NCBI GenBank assembly: GCA_004022145.1
Contig: RCNU01000004.1
Length of the DNA: 64,000 bases
Strand: one strand, 5' to 3'
Source: Paecilomyces variotii
Lineage: Eukaryota
Shown: positions 38,446 through 51,696 of the stretch, one piece after another
How the letters are laid out: each line of letters starts with the position of its first letter
Numbering within the stretch: position 1 is the first letter of the stretch
The notes under the pieces: model-generated
What the model was told of the DNA's origin: nothing
Database searches by the model: none
Seen by the model: the letters and a program-made list of their open reading frames with translations, nothing else
Position numbers and translations under genes: made by a program

Positions 38446-40413
38446 CTATCTGCGAATGCCCTGAGGAATCTGGGCCCCCGGCGGCATTGCCATGCTGCCG
38501 GCGATGTTGTACGGATGTGGGTCGAATCCAGCGGACATGCCGTTCATCAATAGGGGACCGAGTCCCTGAGCCTGAGAGACGGGGCAATCTTTGTGAGCCA
38601 AGAGCAGGGTCTTGAGGTTGACAATCTCTTCTCGCAGCTGAGTGACTGTCGCTGTGAGCACATCGTTCTCTGACGTAAAGGCTTCCACCTTGGCCTGGAG
38701 GTTTGCGAGCCACTGCTTCTTGCGCTGACGACACTTGAGGGCGGCAACACTACAAAGTAATTAGTGATGCTTGATCTACGCAATGGCTTGAAGCTCAAGA
38801 CTTACCGATTCCTCTCCAAGAAGTTCCTCCGCTTCTCCTCATCAGTCATCTTCTTGTTATCAGTCTGCTGAGATCGGTCTTCTTCATCAGACTCGGGCTC
38901 ATGAGATCCGCCATTGGCGGAACCGCTGTTACCCTTCTGTCTCTTATTAGAGCCCTTATTAGCGGGCGAGTCTTCAGCCTTCCGTCTAGTCGAGGAATTC
39001 GTGGCCTTTGTTGACGTGTTCTTCTTTCCTTTGCCCTTGGCTGCCGGCTTAGCCTGTTCACCCTGGCTATCGGAGATCGAGGCACTCATTTCACGGCCGC
39101 TGCTAATGGAACCATTGACATGAGAGTCACGCTTGATCGCAACGCCCGAAGATTCTTCGGGGCCAGCATTCTGAATGGTCTGCGGGGGAATGGACGATTG
39201 GTTGGAAACGGAGAATTGGTTGCCGGCCTGGCCTCCTTTGGCAAGCATGAAGAGACCGTTAGCAGCATCGGCTGCATCATGGTGGGTGAAGGGGTCCACA
39301 ACCGCCGGCTGAGTAGTCTTCGTATCCATCGTGGTCATCTGGTTGAGAGGAGTAGGCTCCGTCGTCGGGTTCGAGGTGGGCGCATTGAGGCCGCTCTTTT
39401 TAGCCGCGTTCAAAGCCGTGCGGTGGAACTCGAGAGTCGACGGAGTCGCACCACCGCTCTGCAGTTGTTGTAGAATCGCCTGTGAGTTGGGGCTCGGGGC
39501 AGGGAACATCGATCCCCCACCACCGGGGGTCAGTCCAGTTCGCAGCGAGGACTCGTTAGGCGTGGGGAAACCGCGCGCGATGCTGTCAAAGTAGTCTGTT
39601 CCGCTCGTTGGGCCCGCCAGCATCGCTGGGCTCAGCGGCCCGGAGCGGAGAGAATTGGTCCAATTGTAACCACTTGCGGAACTCGCTCCAGGCAAGGCCG
39701 GCGACGTGAGCGCTGCGACAGGCGGCAGCAGCGATTTCCCAGGAGTCTCCGCGCTGGTACTACTGAAGGACTGTTCGAAGGGATTGGGCTCCAGGGCGAA
39801 TGGGTTGTGCACCGAGTTGAAGTAGTCGGGGGTGTCTGTCGCAGTGGTCACCGCTGGCCGTGGAGGCGGTGCCAGCGACGAGTCATCCGTTTTGGAATCT
39901 TTATTATCTGTCGACTTGGTATCTAGAAGATGGAAATCGGATTAGCCCCAGTGCCAATTGTCATGCTATGGTCCCACCGGTGATACCGCAGCATACCCGT
40001 AGCAGGCGTATTGTTGTCAGTCAGAAGAGATGAAGATTCCTTCGCATCCTCTGTTACAGAACCCCAGAAAAAAAGTGCATGTCAGATAGCCATTCGATAA
40101 CCAACCCCAATCGATAAGAGTAATTGTGAGGTCATCCCGAAGGCAGATAGGACACTAGAGACCGCGGACGGGCATGTGTGGCGGGCGCCAGGCCAGAAGG
40201 GGGGAAGTTTGAGCCACCAAACTCGCGACACGGGGCCTGGAGTGTCCCAACGGCCACGAGAGAAAAAAAGAAGAGGGAATTGAGAGCGAGAGAGAGAGCG
40301 AGCTACGTACCTTCTGACTTGAACGTGTTCTTTTTCGAGTCCATTGGGGTGGATGTACTTGACGCAGGATGGGAGAGATGCGGTGAAGCCCTATGGGCGA
40401 CGGCAGCGGACAT
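38446..40413 (-). CDS. atfA: ATF/CREB bZIP transcription factor AtfA; exons 40413-40311, 40050-39997, 39922-38806, 38749-38446
   Basis: LEPNPFEQSF (OSA), SLRSGPLSPAML and TPNESSLRTGLTPGGGG (HRA/HRR), and bZIP EEKRRNFLERNR|VAALKCRQRKKQWL. The four exons sum to 1578 nt, in frame. Confidence 0.95.
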
Positions 40414-43118
40414 CGTCGGGGTTGGGCGTGATCAGAGACTGACGACGGTGCGTCAACGACGGACGAGCGAGAGTTGTGTGGCGATGACAGCAGCAGGAGG
40501 GAAGTCGAGATAGAAAAGAAAGACCAGACTCCAACACTGAGCGGCCGGACGCTGGAGAGGATCGGGTTCGCACCGTTTTGGGAGTCGGGGATGATATTTT
40601 TTTTTGCAGTACCAGCACAATTGGAATTGGAAGGGAAGGAGAGTTGGTGACGTAGTCGGGCGGAAGAGGCTTAAGTCTTAAGAGGCCTTTTTTAGTTTTT
40701 GGGGGGAACCGCGAGAGGGGAGGCGGTCGGGGGGTCTTTTTGTCGGGGGGTGCGAGACTACTGTGGCAGCAGTGGGAGCACTGGGAGGCAAGCAGGAAAG
40801 CCTGCTGAGCTAAGGGCGCCTGTCACTGGCCGGACCAGCAGCGCGATGGGCCCGACCGCCAGTCGGCAACCCTACGGGGGAGTTATGCAGGCTGGATACA
40901 CCAACTGAACAAGTTCTCTGTCGCAGTCTCGGCCAATCTGGTGGCGGCTGCAGTGGATGCCGGCCGCGACCCTGGACACCGTCCGCAGCGGAGCAAATCC
41001 AGGGAATGGGGATCAACCAGCAGATCAGGATATCCCGGATCGTGCGTGGAATGTACCGTATGTACAGTACCTTTGTATCCTGATCGCGAAGCCAAAGCTG
41101 ATAACAATAATCGAGTGCTATTAGGCGCCGTAGTCGACACGCGAAGGAGACATATAGAGACAAGAGAGACAGGCAGACAGACAGCGGCAAGGTTACGGAT
41201 GAGATCACGGTGACGACGACAGGAATTTTCTAGGTGCGGGCACACCAGCCAGCAGCGTCCACCTCGTTTCCTCGGGCCGCACCCACTGATTGGCCTGTCA
41301 GCGTCGGCGGACCACTCCCACGCCCGCGAACCCGACGAACGGAACGTTGGAATCCTTCGCAGTGTGCCAGTCAGAGAGCAGCAGAGGGCTGGCCCGGCTG
41401 CCGGTGGGGCTGCTGGCTGCTCAGTGACCGTTCAGGGGGGTCGGCTCAGGTGGGTCCATCTGCACTGATTGGCTGGCTGGATGACGCAATGCAGCAGACA
41501 AGAAGCATCCGTCCAACGACCACGTGTCACGTGACACTATCCTCCGCCCCCTTTTGCTGCATTGGTGGTCGCGTTTTGCCACGGTCCGGAAGCGACCAGT
41601 AGTCAACAAGGCCGTCCTCTGCCATACCGTAGTTACCGGTAAGGATGCTGTGCAGTGTGAAGTTCTGAACAGATCTGCGCAGGACAAGAAGTCAGTAGTA
41701 GAGGAATTAGTTAGTACTACTACAAGACCAGAGTACTAGAGAATCTACCATATGGCATACGCCGTATAGTCCAGTGCAATAGTTCCTCGCCTTGGTGCGC
41801 TTCGACACCCTGCTCGCGTGTTTGCCCAATCCACAAGAATGCCAGATAACCACCGGGGCAGAGAGACGCAGGTACGGACGGGAGGGCAGCCACTTCCACA
41901 CTGCGCTCCCTGCGATGATCTGGCGCCTGTCCGTGCTCGGATCTGAAAGCAGTTCGTAATCCAGTGTAACCTGACAAAGGAAAGTCTTCGTCAAAAGTCT
42001 TCATCAACAACATGGCCGACACGAACGGTCTTCTCTGGTGGCTCCACACGAGCGGAACGAATGTCTCTGCTCGGGCCTCGAATGTACTCTAGCCGGCTGC
42101 GTTGAGTCGGCTAGCAGTGCTTCTTCCCTGTACCTGCAGGACTCTTTGCCGCCGCGTTGGGAGGGCGGTGATGCCTTCGGTGCATCGCTTCTGGAAGGGC
42201 TGCTGGACCAGATAATCAGCAGCACAAAAGCATTGTTGGTGCTGTCATTGTGCCCCAGGTGTTCTGTTTATTTCCATTCATCCCTTGGACCCTTGCGCGT
42301 CTGTTGGATCTCCAAACAATCAGATCTAATCAGTGATGTAATTCATCCCTTTCACTTATCACTGATGTAATGCTTTGTTATCTTAGCGGTCTCGGATGCT
42401 GCAACCGAACATTGACTCGCTGAATTGATCGGCCTACAAAGAACAGTGCACCCAGCATATTATTGTTCAGATTATTATTGGAAAGATGTACGGATAGTAC
42501 TGACTTTGGCTTTGGACTTGATGCTGCTGGCCATCGGAAAATAAAGAGGTCAGTTATGCCGAGCAACTGCCTGACAGTGCTTACAAATCACTAATCAACC
42601 AACCGATCTGCTTAGATCTCCCTGTTTTGGACAATCAGAGAGCTGTTTCCGATAGAATAGTCGCTTACTCTCTTCTAGACATATAACCAAGAGAGGAATG
42701 TCTCTCGGCTGCATACAGACCGTTCGCAGGTTGGGATCTTCCAAGGACGATAATAATGCAGCTCCGTGTTGACTTCGGAAGGTCTACTGTACTTTGAAGT
42801 TCATGGAACTCTTCTTGATTTGGAAATCATACTTCTAACACTTTCATTGGCAGTGCGTCGATCTCTTGTCTCAATGGAGCACCTCGTGATACCCGTATGC
42901 TCGACTACGTTCCCCGCTCTGTCCGCATGTGGCAACGGCTGGCCTTGCTTTTTCACTGATGCGATCTGAATGCCGGCCTGATCTGCAAGAAACAAGTGTC
43001 GTCGATTAAGCTGTTCGAGCAAATCATTTATGGCTCTGCTGCCATATCCCAACGTCCACCGGATCTGCTCATATTCCTGTGGAGCCTTGTGTTTCAAGCC
43101 GGATACTGTCATATCCTC

Positions 43119-43730
43119 TTAAGAGCCTCGATATGTAGAATAATTCCACGGTCCCAAGAGGACTGGCACATGATAATGTCTCCACCCCTCTTCGCCTTCT
43201 TTTCCTCGTCCCTTGACTGTGAACTTCACCTCTACCTCTGGCCAGAAGCTCTCGACTCCCTGAGCTTCGTACCAGGGGCCCACTTCAAAACGAACAGACC
43301 AGCTGGTTTTGCTGTCTGGCGCTGGCAGAGAGGACAGTAGGGCAGATACTGTCGCTGACCCTGAGCTGGCGGGAGTCCACATCTTTACCCGTCCATCAGA
43401 ATCTGTGGTTGCATGGAATGTGACCGGCGACTGGCTGCTGGAAATCGACGTCAGCAGGGTCAATGTGACAGGGAGGTTCGCAGCTGGCGTTCCAGTGAGG
43501 GTATTGAGCACGTGGCATGTAATAGGATCGCGGGCCATTGTTGTTGTAGTTATCTCGTTAGCGCCGGCTGATGATGTCGTCGTTGCAGACGTCGAAGCTG
43601 AGGCTGCTGGAGATGAGTGGTGTGCCTGAGGCAGCGCAGGACCGTCGAGCTGATGCTGGTAGAGTGCCAGTCGCGTTGTGATCTGATTCAATTGGGGAGG
43701 TACCGAGTTCTCGAATTCGTTGCTCTCCAT
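43119..43730 (-). CDS. 5-hydroxyisourate hydrolase (transthyretin-like) with N-terminal PTS2
   Basis: PITCHVLNTLTGTPA, TTDSDGRV, FWPEVEVKF and HYHVPVLLGPWNYSTYRGS (C-terminal YRGS signature). RLALYQHQL fits the PTS2 consensus. Confidence 0.92.
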   Translation of the reverse strand: MESNEFENSVPPQLNQITTRLALYQHQLDGPALPQAHHSSPAASASTSATTTSSAGANEITTTTMARDPITCHVLNTLTGTPAANLPVTLTLLTSISSSQSPVTFHATTDSDGRVKMWTPASSGSATVSALLSSLPAPDSKTSWSVRFEVGPWYEAQGVESFWPEVEVKFTVKGRGKEGEEGWRHYHVPVLLGPWNYSTYRGS

Positions 43731-43816
43731 TCAAACTGGTGACAATATGTTTTTCGAAAGAAGCACGCCTGGTGGTGGTGGGAGCCAAGTGCGTATTTAA
43801 CTCCGCTTTCCATGCA

Positions 43817-43830
43817 TCGGAGACCGCCGA
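43817..43830. promoter_or_regulatory. UaY-type purine-induction site TCGG-N6-CCGA
   Basis: TCGG agaccg CCGA lies 87 bp upstream of the HIU hydrolase ATG. GATA sites are nearby (e.g. TTATCGATAA at 44052-44061). Confidence 0.75.
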
Positions 43831-44708
43831 CGACAGACTGTCAGGTGGGGTTGGCGACTCTTCCTGCTAAGCTCAATCCCCCAGGAGATTCTATTACCAA
43901 GTATGCAGATATACTCGTGGTTAGACGTTATAGCATTATACTTATCCATATAAAAGTAGTAATTTTTTGATAGATTTGATGATAAAAGCGCATCTGGACT
44001 CAAATAGTAGTACTTTCTTGGGGGCGATGGACTAGAAGAGCATGGGGTTCGTTATCGATAAGAGGCCTGCGCCACGTGTTCAGCCACACGAGACAGCTGC
44101 GGCAACGTTCAATAATGGGGAATTCCAGGCTACTCTAAAGCCACACATCGTTCGGTGTAACACTGTGTGCGACTCCCACTTGCGACTCTCAGACTGATAG
44201 TCCACCGTCAACAATATCATTATCTCCAGGGTACGTACCCGCTCCAGACCTATTTCTTGACTCCTGCGCTCTTCAACCCTTGAAGACTACTGGCGCTTCC
44301 CCAGAAGCAAATCGCCCGGTGGAAACAACGTGGTCTGAGCTCCGCAACTGCATATAAAAACGGTGACTGATGATCGCGTTAACTTGCACAGAGATAAGAT
44401 CTCTCACGGACTCCCAGCATACTCCAGATTCTCTAAAACAAGTGGATCTTCTGTTCGCTACCGAGTAGACAATCCACCTCAAAGGTGATCCAGGCCACGG
44501 ATCCGCAAGCGTTTGGGTTGTCTTCCGGAAACTTCGATCTCAACGTGGTCTAACCGTGCAGAAACCGCCGCACTAGCTCTGCCGTGAACGCCTCAAACCA
44601 GCTAGCTGTGCCTGTCAGTGTCTTGGATTATCTGGCCCTTCTGTCCTCCTGTACCTTTACAGGAATCGATTTGGTGCGAGTTTTCGAGAACGTCGCCCCG
44701 CATTCAAA

Positions 44709-45884
44709 ATGTCTTCCACCGCTCTCGTCCACGATGACGATGTGATGGACCCTAGTCTCCAATCGATCCTCGACCAAAAGACGCTGCGATGGATCTTCGT
44801 CGGTGGTAAGGGAGGTGTTGGAAAGACAACAACCTCGTGTTCCCTTGCGATCCAGCTCGCGAAGGTCCGCAAGTCCGTTCTGCTCATCTCAACCGACCCC
44901 GCACACAACCTGAGCGATGCGTTTGGTCAAAAGTTCGGCAAGGAGGCCCGTCTGGTCGATGGGTTCACCAACCTGAGCGCCATGGAGATTGATCCGAATG
45001 GCAGCATTCAGGATCTGCTTGCTGGTGGAGAGAACCAGCCCGATGACCCCTTGGGCGGATTGGGTATGGGAGGCATGATGCAGGATCTGGCTTTCAGTGT
45101 ATGTGGTACCTCCCGTGGCGCGCTTGAACCAGCTTGTTTTCTATAAAGGATAAGATCGTTAACATGAGCAGATACCCGGTGTTGACGAGGCTATGTCCTT
45201 TGCTGAAGTGTTGAAGCAAGTCAAGTCTCTCTCTTACGAAGTCATTGTTTTCGACACTGCCCCCACCGGTCATACTCTTCGTTTCCTTCAGTTCCCTACT
45301 GTTCTGGAAAAGGCACTGGCGAAGCTTTCTCAGCTGTCCGGCCAGTTTGGTCCGATGTTGAACTCGATCTTGGGCTCCCGCGGCGGTCTTCCCGGTGGAC
45401 AGAACCTGGACGAGCTGCTACAGAAGATGGAGTCTCTGCGCGAAACTATCAGTGAGGTCAACACGCAGTTCAAGGATGCAGACCTGACTACCTTCGTATG
45501 TGTGTGTATTGCCGAGTTCTTGTCCCTATACGAGACGGAACGTATGATCCAGGAGCTGGCAAGCTACCACATCGACTCCCACGCCATCGTGGTTAACCAA
45601 CTACTCTTCCCCAAGAAGGGAAGCGACTGTGATCAGTGCAATGCTCGTAGAAAGATGCAGAAGAAGTATCTGGATCAGATCGAAGAGCTGTACGAGGACT
45701 TCAACGTTGTCAGAATGCCACTCCTGGTCGAGGAAGTTAGAGGAAAGGAGAAATTGGAAAAGTAAGATCAATCATTCCTTTTACCGGCTATCAGCAGCCA
45801 GTGGAGATATCAACGTTGCTGACTTGAGTTTTGCGTTACAGGTTCAGCGAGATGCTTGTTCACCCTTACGTGCCGCCGGAATAG
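44709..45884 (+). CDS. get3: Get3/ASNA1 ATPase (tail-anchored protein targeting); introns 45099-45171 and 45762-45841
   Basis: [49 protein letters not shown] and CDQCNAR. Confidence 0.97.
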
Positions 45885-48800
45885 GTGTACATCTAAGAAA
45901 CACAAACTGCAAATTTGAAAAATTAGCGAGACGAATGACGAATGAATAGATTTAATTCATTTAACCCCGAGTATATCTACATCCTTAGAGAAAATCTCTT
46001 CACATAGCTCTTGTTTATTTCCTAATCTGGAAATGATACTTCCAGCGCATCATCCCTGCACAAACCAAGTACCCAGCAGGCTCACCACCTAGTTGTCTGG
46101 CGTTCCTTGCCCGCCTTGTATTCTGCCTTGTATGAATCGCCACTCGCCTCACTATATGCTTCATCTCTCTGACCGTCAGCCCCAGGAAACATCTACAAAC
46201 GTCATGGGGTTCAGGGAAGGCCTCACATCGCCTTGCGAAGAGACTGCACGCCCGCATGCAGTTCTACACTACCAGAGCTGAGCAGCGACAATATCAGCGT
46301 TCTTGAAGGCGTCCGCCTGCTTATGCGTGACCAGTGCTGTCTCATAACAGCCTTGAGAAAGTATTGGCTCTGAAAGAAGCAAAAATCCCTCAACTGAAGT
46401 AGATCTTTCTAATGAGACCATACACACCTTCTTCTTATGGTTGCTGTACCGGTGTGCCATGGGTGGGCATAACACAGCTCACTACGTCTTTGCTCCAGCC
46501 CCCTCGATAGTATGGTATTGATAATCAGACGCGTAAGTCCCAGAAGTTTCCAGAGTCGCTCATCTCATCTTCTTTTTCGTCATATCTAAATATCATTCGT
46601 TTTGTATTCATAATCTTATGTCCCAAGATAGCAGGTGAGGGGTGGGGGAGAGGTGGAACTACCATACACTGAATATGGCCGTAATGATATGGCATATGCG
46701 ATCCTACAGTACACTACCATAAAAGCAGCCACACATCCTCGTTTCGAAGAGCCGAATCAATACCTCTGAAAGAGTTGATACTTTGAGATACTGTACCTCA
46801 ATAGGAATTCCTACGCAGTTGTTATAGATTAATATCGTAAGCTGCAAGGTCCCATTATAAGAAATGCGCTGTATCCAAGCTCTGGCACATTGAAAAATAT
46901 ATCCTTGATTGAGCGGGTTTGATTGTTCGATCCGTCCGGCTTCACCCTTTTTCTATATCGTCTATAGCCGTTTCCCCCGGTGGCATCGAGCCTGTATTAC
47001 CTCGTTTTTCTTACTCCTTCCATATATGGCTGCCTGTGACTCTTGCCGGTCCCAAGAGATAAGAGGTACATGAGAGCTGGATGGTACGAATATCCGTTAG
47101 CTCCATTCAAAAAGATGTAGACTCGCATCCACCGAAAGCGGAGGCTATATTCCGAGGATAAGCCAAATAGAGAGAGGTGATTACGGCCGTGTCTGGCGAT
47201 ATGTATTCCCATATTCCCATATGTGGTTAGTCATGATGATAGATAGATCTTCGAGGCCAAAGATGCCTGAAAGGAGGCGCACAATGGCATGCATTATACG
47301 AGCGGTTGTATCCAGGTCTTCCTTCCCAGTGGCAAAGCATTGGCTTCTGTACATGTTTCCTGTTTTGGCTTTGGGCTCTGGCGTTAGGTCAAGTACAGTA
47401 CCTACCTTAGGTAGTTACCGATTATGTCAAGCATGAGAGCGAAAACGATGGGGGGGACATGGCCTAAGAGAATACTCGACCCTGCTTCTGTGCATGCAAG
47501 GGGACCTTGGGCTTTTCTGCACCTTTTCATGGTCAACTTACAGATGGCGGTTTGCCACCATAGCTAGAGAGTGCTCTCTCCATGATCCCGCTTTGGCGCC
47601 TCACTTGTTGGATATACACAAGCATGGACAGGCTGTGGGTCGATGGCACTGTGGCCTTGAGGATAACCTACCAAGCCTTCGGAAAGGTGGGTCGACTTGG
47701 AATGCTATGGATGTATGTACTAGGCGCTAGAACTGATTAACTACAGCCTCAAAATCACGAACGTATGGTTTCTGAATGAGAATAGAGACCGCAGTAAGGT
47801 TTTGCTCCTGCACGGGGACTATCTCCACCGTCCGTTCGAACTCTGATCCGTCGGAGCTTCGCAAAGATTCATGAACGACAGATTCTCAATCGGTGAGAAA
47901 TACATCTACCAATCCCTCGGATACTTTTTTGGTCTGCCATTATCAGCAGCGTCACTGACGTGCTTTACAGCATGGATGTCTGTACCGCCGTCAGCTGTAT
48001 CAGTACGGCCCCAGCGCCAGGAGACACTGCTGAGTCAATCGCCCATCTCAGACTCCCACCCAGGAGCCTGGACTAAAGATAGACCATGGAATATGCCAGT
48101 GGCAACAATGAAGCGGAAATTCTGCATGACAACTTCTTATGTGAGGTTTGTTTCGCATCCAATAGCCGCGCGACTTCTCCGGTTTCGGGGGTAGCCAGGA
48201 GGGATCAATAGGACCCATTATCCACCGCCTGTCACGCGGTGTGATATTAATGAGCACCATTTTGCGTATTCTGAGTTCGATACAAAAAGACTCCGTACCG
48301 GAGAGGTACTGTTTTGTCGGCTGCTGCGTCCATCATGCCTTCCTCTCGTCCCTCAACTCCGCTATGGGTATTGACTAAGAACCTCTGCTTCCAGCTAACG
48401 GAAAGGAGATTATGTCGAGTTTCCCAATGACTCCGTATCGGCGCAGTGTATTATGCGAGACTGAAGTCCTTAACGCTGCAAGAAGGTTCTGGGGCAAAGT
48501 CTGGACTCGAGGCACTGTGCGATCCGTGGGGCCACGACATCGTCGCAGCAGCACCCAAAATGGCGTCGCATGCTCGCGCGCAAAGAACATCTATGACGAG
48601 CCAGAGGCGACTGCAGGAAAACGGACGAAATAACCCAGGAGTGACCGGATTCAGTGGACTGTGTGATCCTCATCGACTTGGGAGGGACCTGGACCGTGAA
48701 GCCTCACTTTGGCGATCGTTGGACGGGGTCATCTGAAAAAAGAGTGAGGCGGCGGCTCAGCGTGACATAAACATCATCTTCAACGGCGAAGCGAGGGTCT

Positions 48801-49079
48801 CTCATCTATTCCCGGTAATCGGTATTCCCACGATGGATCTTCCATGTCCGCCTGAGAAGCGGTAGCTTTCAGCCCGCGATAGAGGCGTGCGTGAGACCTC
48901 GATCCCGCCAGATGTTTGCGGTTTGTTCCTGGGCTTAAAAGGTGGGAGTTCCTGCTCGACCATGCCGATGTGGAAATGCCACACGTCTTATTAATCTATT
49001 TAGCTCCAGTATAGCCTCTTCGACCAGTGCAGTACCCTGCTAGTGTCAACTATCAACAGACTTGCTTACTGTATCAATT

Positions 49080-49561
49080 ATGTCCCGGGTTCAACGATAC
49101 TGGCTTCCTGGATATGGTCTCTCACGGCACATTGTACTTGGTCATATACAATACTTTCTTGGTCCATCTGCTTCAGCACGACCCTATACTTATCAGGTAA
49201 CGACATCCTTGCCATATGGTGCCTCGTATCATCCAGACTCAGATTGTTCCTGACTCTCTCTTCGAAGGGGCGCGATGGTTATCTTATCGTTGGTATGCCT
49301 TTGACACGAGTATGCCCTTCAACCATGTTCGTATCCATCACATAAAAATAGCAATTGACTTGACATTAGGAGCAAATCGAGGATCTAGCGGCCATGTCTC
49401 GAGAATACGAACGTCAAGAGGCTCTTCGAATGGCTAGCAACGCGTATCTCGACAGCACAGGGAGATACTCGCCCACTGAACCCTATATCAACGAGCTGGT
49501 TCCTGTGGAACAGCGCCCACGCAGACGGCCAGTGGAGTGCGACTCGAGGCGATATCGTTGA
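49080..49561 (+). CDS. 116-aa RfeG-like small protein; exons 49080-49196, 49268-49309, 49370-49561
   Basis: Two phase-0 GT-AG introns give MSRVQRYWLPGYGLSRHIVLGHIQYFLGPSASARPYTYQ|GRDGYLIVGMPLTR|EQIEDLAAMSREYERQEALRM... This resembles the RfeG N-terminal motif (YFxPxxGIxRxVIxxxIxxYLGxxAxVRP..GxxGY..LTxxxIxDL). Confidence 0.75.
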
Positions 49562-51696
49562 TGTTGAGCCCCCGGAAACGGGTGCTCTTTCTCTTAAGAT
49601 CATACAATGATCGGATGATCGATTTCCTTTAATTGTTGCAACAAGGGTAACTCTCTTGTTGTTGCGTCATTGAGATACAACGTGCTAAGTATGTACCTTT
49701 TGGTACTTAGCATGTTACACTGTTTCGCATGGTACACAAAACTGCAGGGCCCATTCCCATAATGTCAATCTGGCGTGGGGAGTGGCATCCATATCCATCA
49801 CCGTCAGTTTATGGGGTGTTTATGGCCTGCAGTCGCGAATTGTCGAGTGAGGTTAGTACTTAGAGCTGCAAATTACACCATTATACCCCTTTCGGTTATC
49901 TATCTCGTCGTGAATTCTGAATAGTGGAATTTTCCTATTCAAAAAGCTTACTGTTCTTCATCTACACCCCCTCTTCGTGAATGTTCAATGCTGTTATCCT
50001 TTATTTCCCATTTCATACAGATCACCACAAAGATATACTTTCGGCTATACACCTGCTTATTGGACGTCCCAATAACCACTTGACCAAGAGACTTTGGACA
50101 GCTTCAGGTCGACGACCTCTAGCATCAATGCCACCACCCCCACCGAATGAACTTTAGATGCTTCCAGCTTATAGTAATGTTTATGAGTAACATTGATAGT
50201 CATCTTCCTGCATACGCGAATATCGTCAGAGAAGTTCCAGCTCCGGACTTTCGCCAATCTTCGTGCTACCCTACCTAGTTCCGGTAATCTCCATGGACGA
50301 ACCATATTAATAATAGCGCACCATCCATGGGAAGATATCTATGGCCGTTAATAACAATATTTCCTAGTAAGAGGGAACACAGAACCTCACTTATGCTAAA
50401 CCAGCAGATGGTATGCCGTCTACTTAACATACGAGACTATGACCCACTGTATTGTCACCCGCTATCGAGAGCAAATTGGAGAAAACAGACAAATAAATGC
50501 CTGACGGTCAGTCGAGCAGATACTTAGTCAAAGCCAGCTGTGGCCTACAAGCCAGAGCAACATATCAGCCATTGTCTTAATCACGGATTAAGTGAAATAC
50601 ACCCTGAATTATGCATGCAGCTTTCCAGCAAGAGAAGGTCATCTTCTGGTTCAAAGCTAAGTCCGCATTGTCCATTGTTGAATCCCACAACTTTACAGGG
50701 CAATGTGCTTCGTCTGTGTTCGATTACAGCTCGGACACTACTGAGCAGCTATAGGACAAATGGTCGGACAGGAACCATAAAACAGTAGGATATACAGTAC
50801 ATCAAATTGGCGCCGTCAAGCAACTTCATCCGAGGGATAACGTCTGTATCTACCTTCCGCGCCAATTCACCTCTCAGTGTATCCTTATGAAATCAAGAAG
50901 TACCGTCCATACTTATTTTTGCTTGCGCAGCATCGCTGTTTGAGTGGGTTACGTGCTGGGTTCACCAAGGAGCTAGGAGAGGCAGCCGCCAGTGCGAGGT
51001 AGTGTTGAGACGAAGGCCTCGTCCCAGTAACCGTAAGCAAGTAGAAGTCGCTCGAAAGCGGTCCGGAAGGCGGGGTATATCAGACGCTGTAGTGAGAGGA
51101 AGCATAACCAGGGAGCTAGCTCATGTCATGTAAAGAGGCGTAGAAGGAAGTTACAACTCTCAATGATCGGTGGGTTTTAGAAAAATTCAGCTACAGGGGG
51201 TAAATATTTTTGACGAGATACCTAAGTATAGATGGTCCAGTATTTAGACAGCGCCTGATTGGAGCGAGATTACATTACTTGGAGCGTGACTGGGGGGCTG
51301 TGCTCAAGACCTTTGAACCTGGGCGGCTAATAAGGCGCACTTCGTGCTGCTTCACACTTGCCCATCTGACTCCCCATTATATTCCTTATGATGACAAGGC
51401 TCCCGTCAAATTTTAGCATCTGTCTTGTTTTCTCCCTCGACACATCTGTCGGCTTCTTTTGATTCTACCATCTTGGCCAGGTCTTTCACGAACAGATAAT
51501 AAGACGCGACAACTTCACCCCGCAAGCTGAGCTAGTCTTGGCATCAGCCTCAATGAACGAAAGACTAGGAATAACTATACCACGTTCTGACAGCTTGCTC
51601 TTGTGAGATTTGACTTGAACATCGTCAGTCTCTCTGCAATACTATTCCGTTACAGCAGACGGCGCGGGGTAGAGTAAGCTATACGACGGAAACAAG

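Noticed and set aside
46000-51600. Possible Starship captain (DUF3435 tyrosine recombinase) or transposase at the island edge
   Set aside because: No long ORF or recognisable recombinase/transposase motifs by eye, and no TSD or TIR found. A very decayed copy cannot be excluded without an HMM search.
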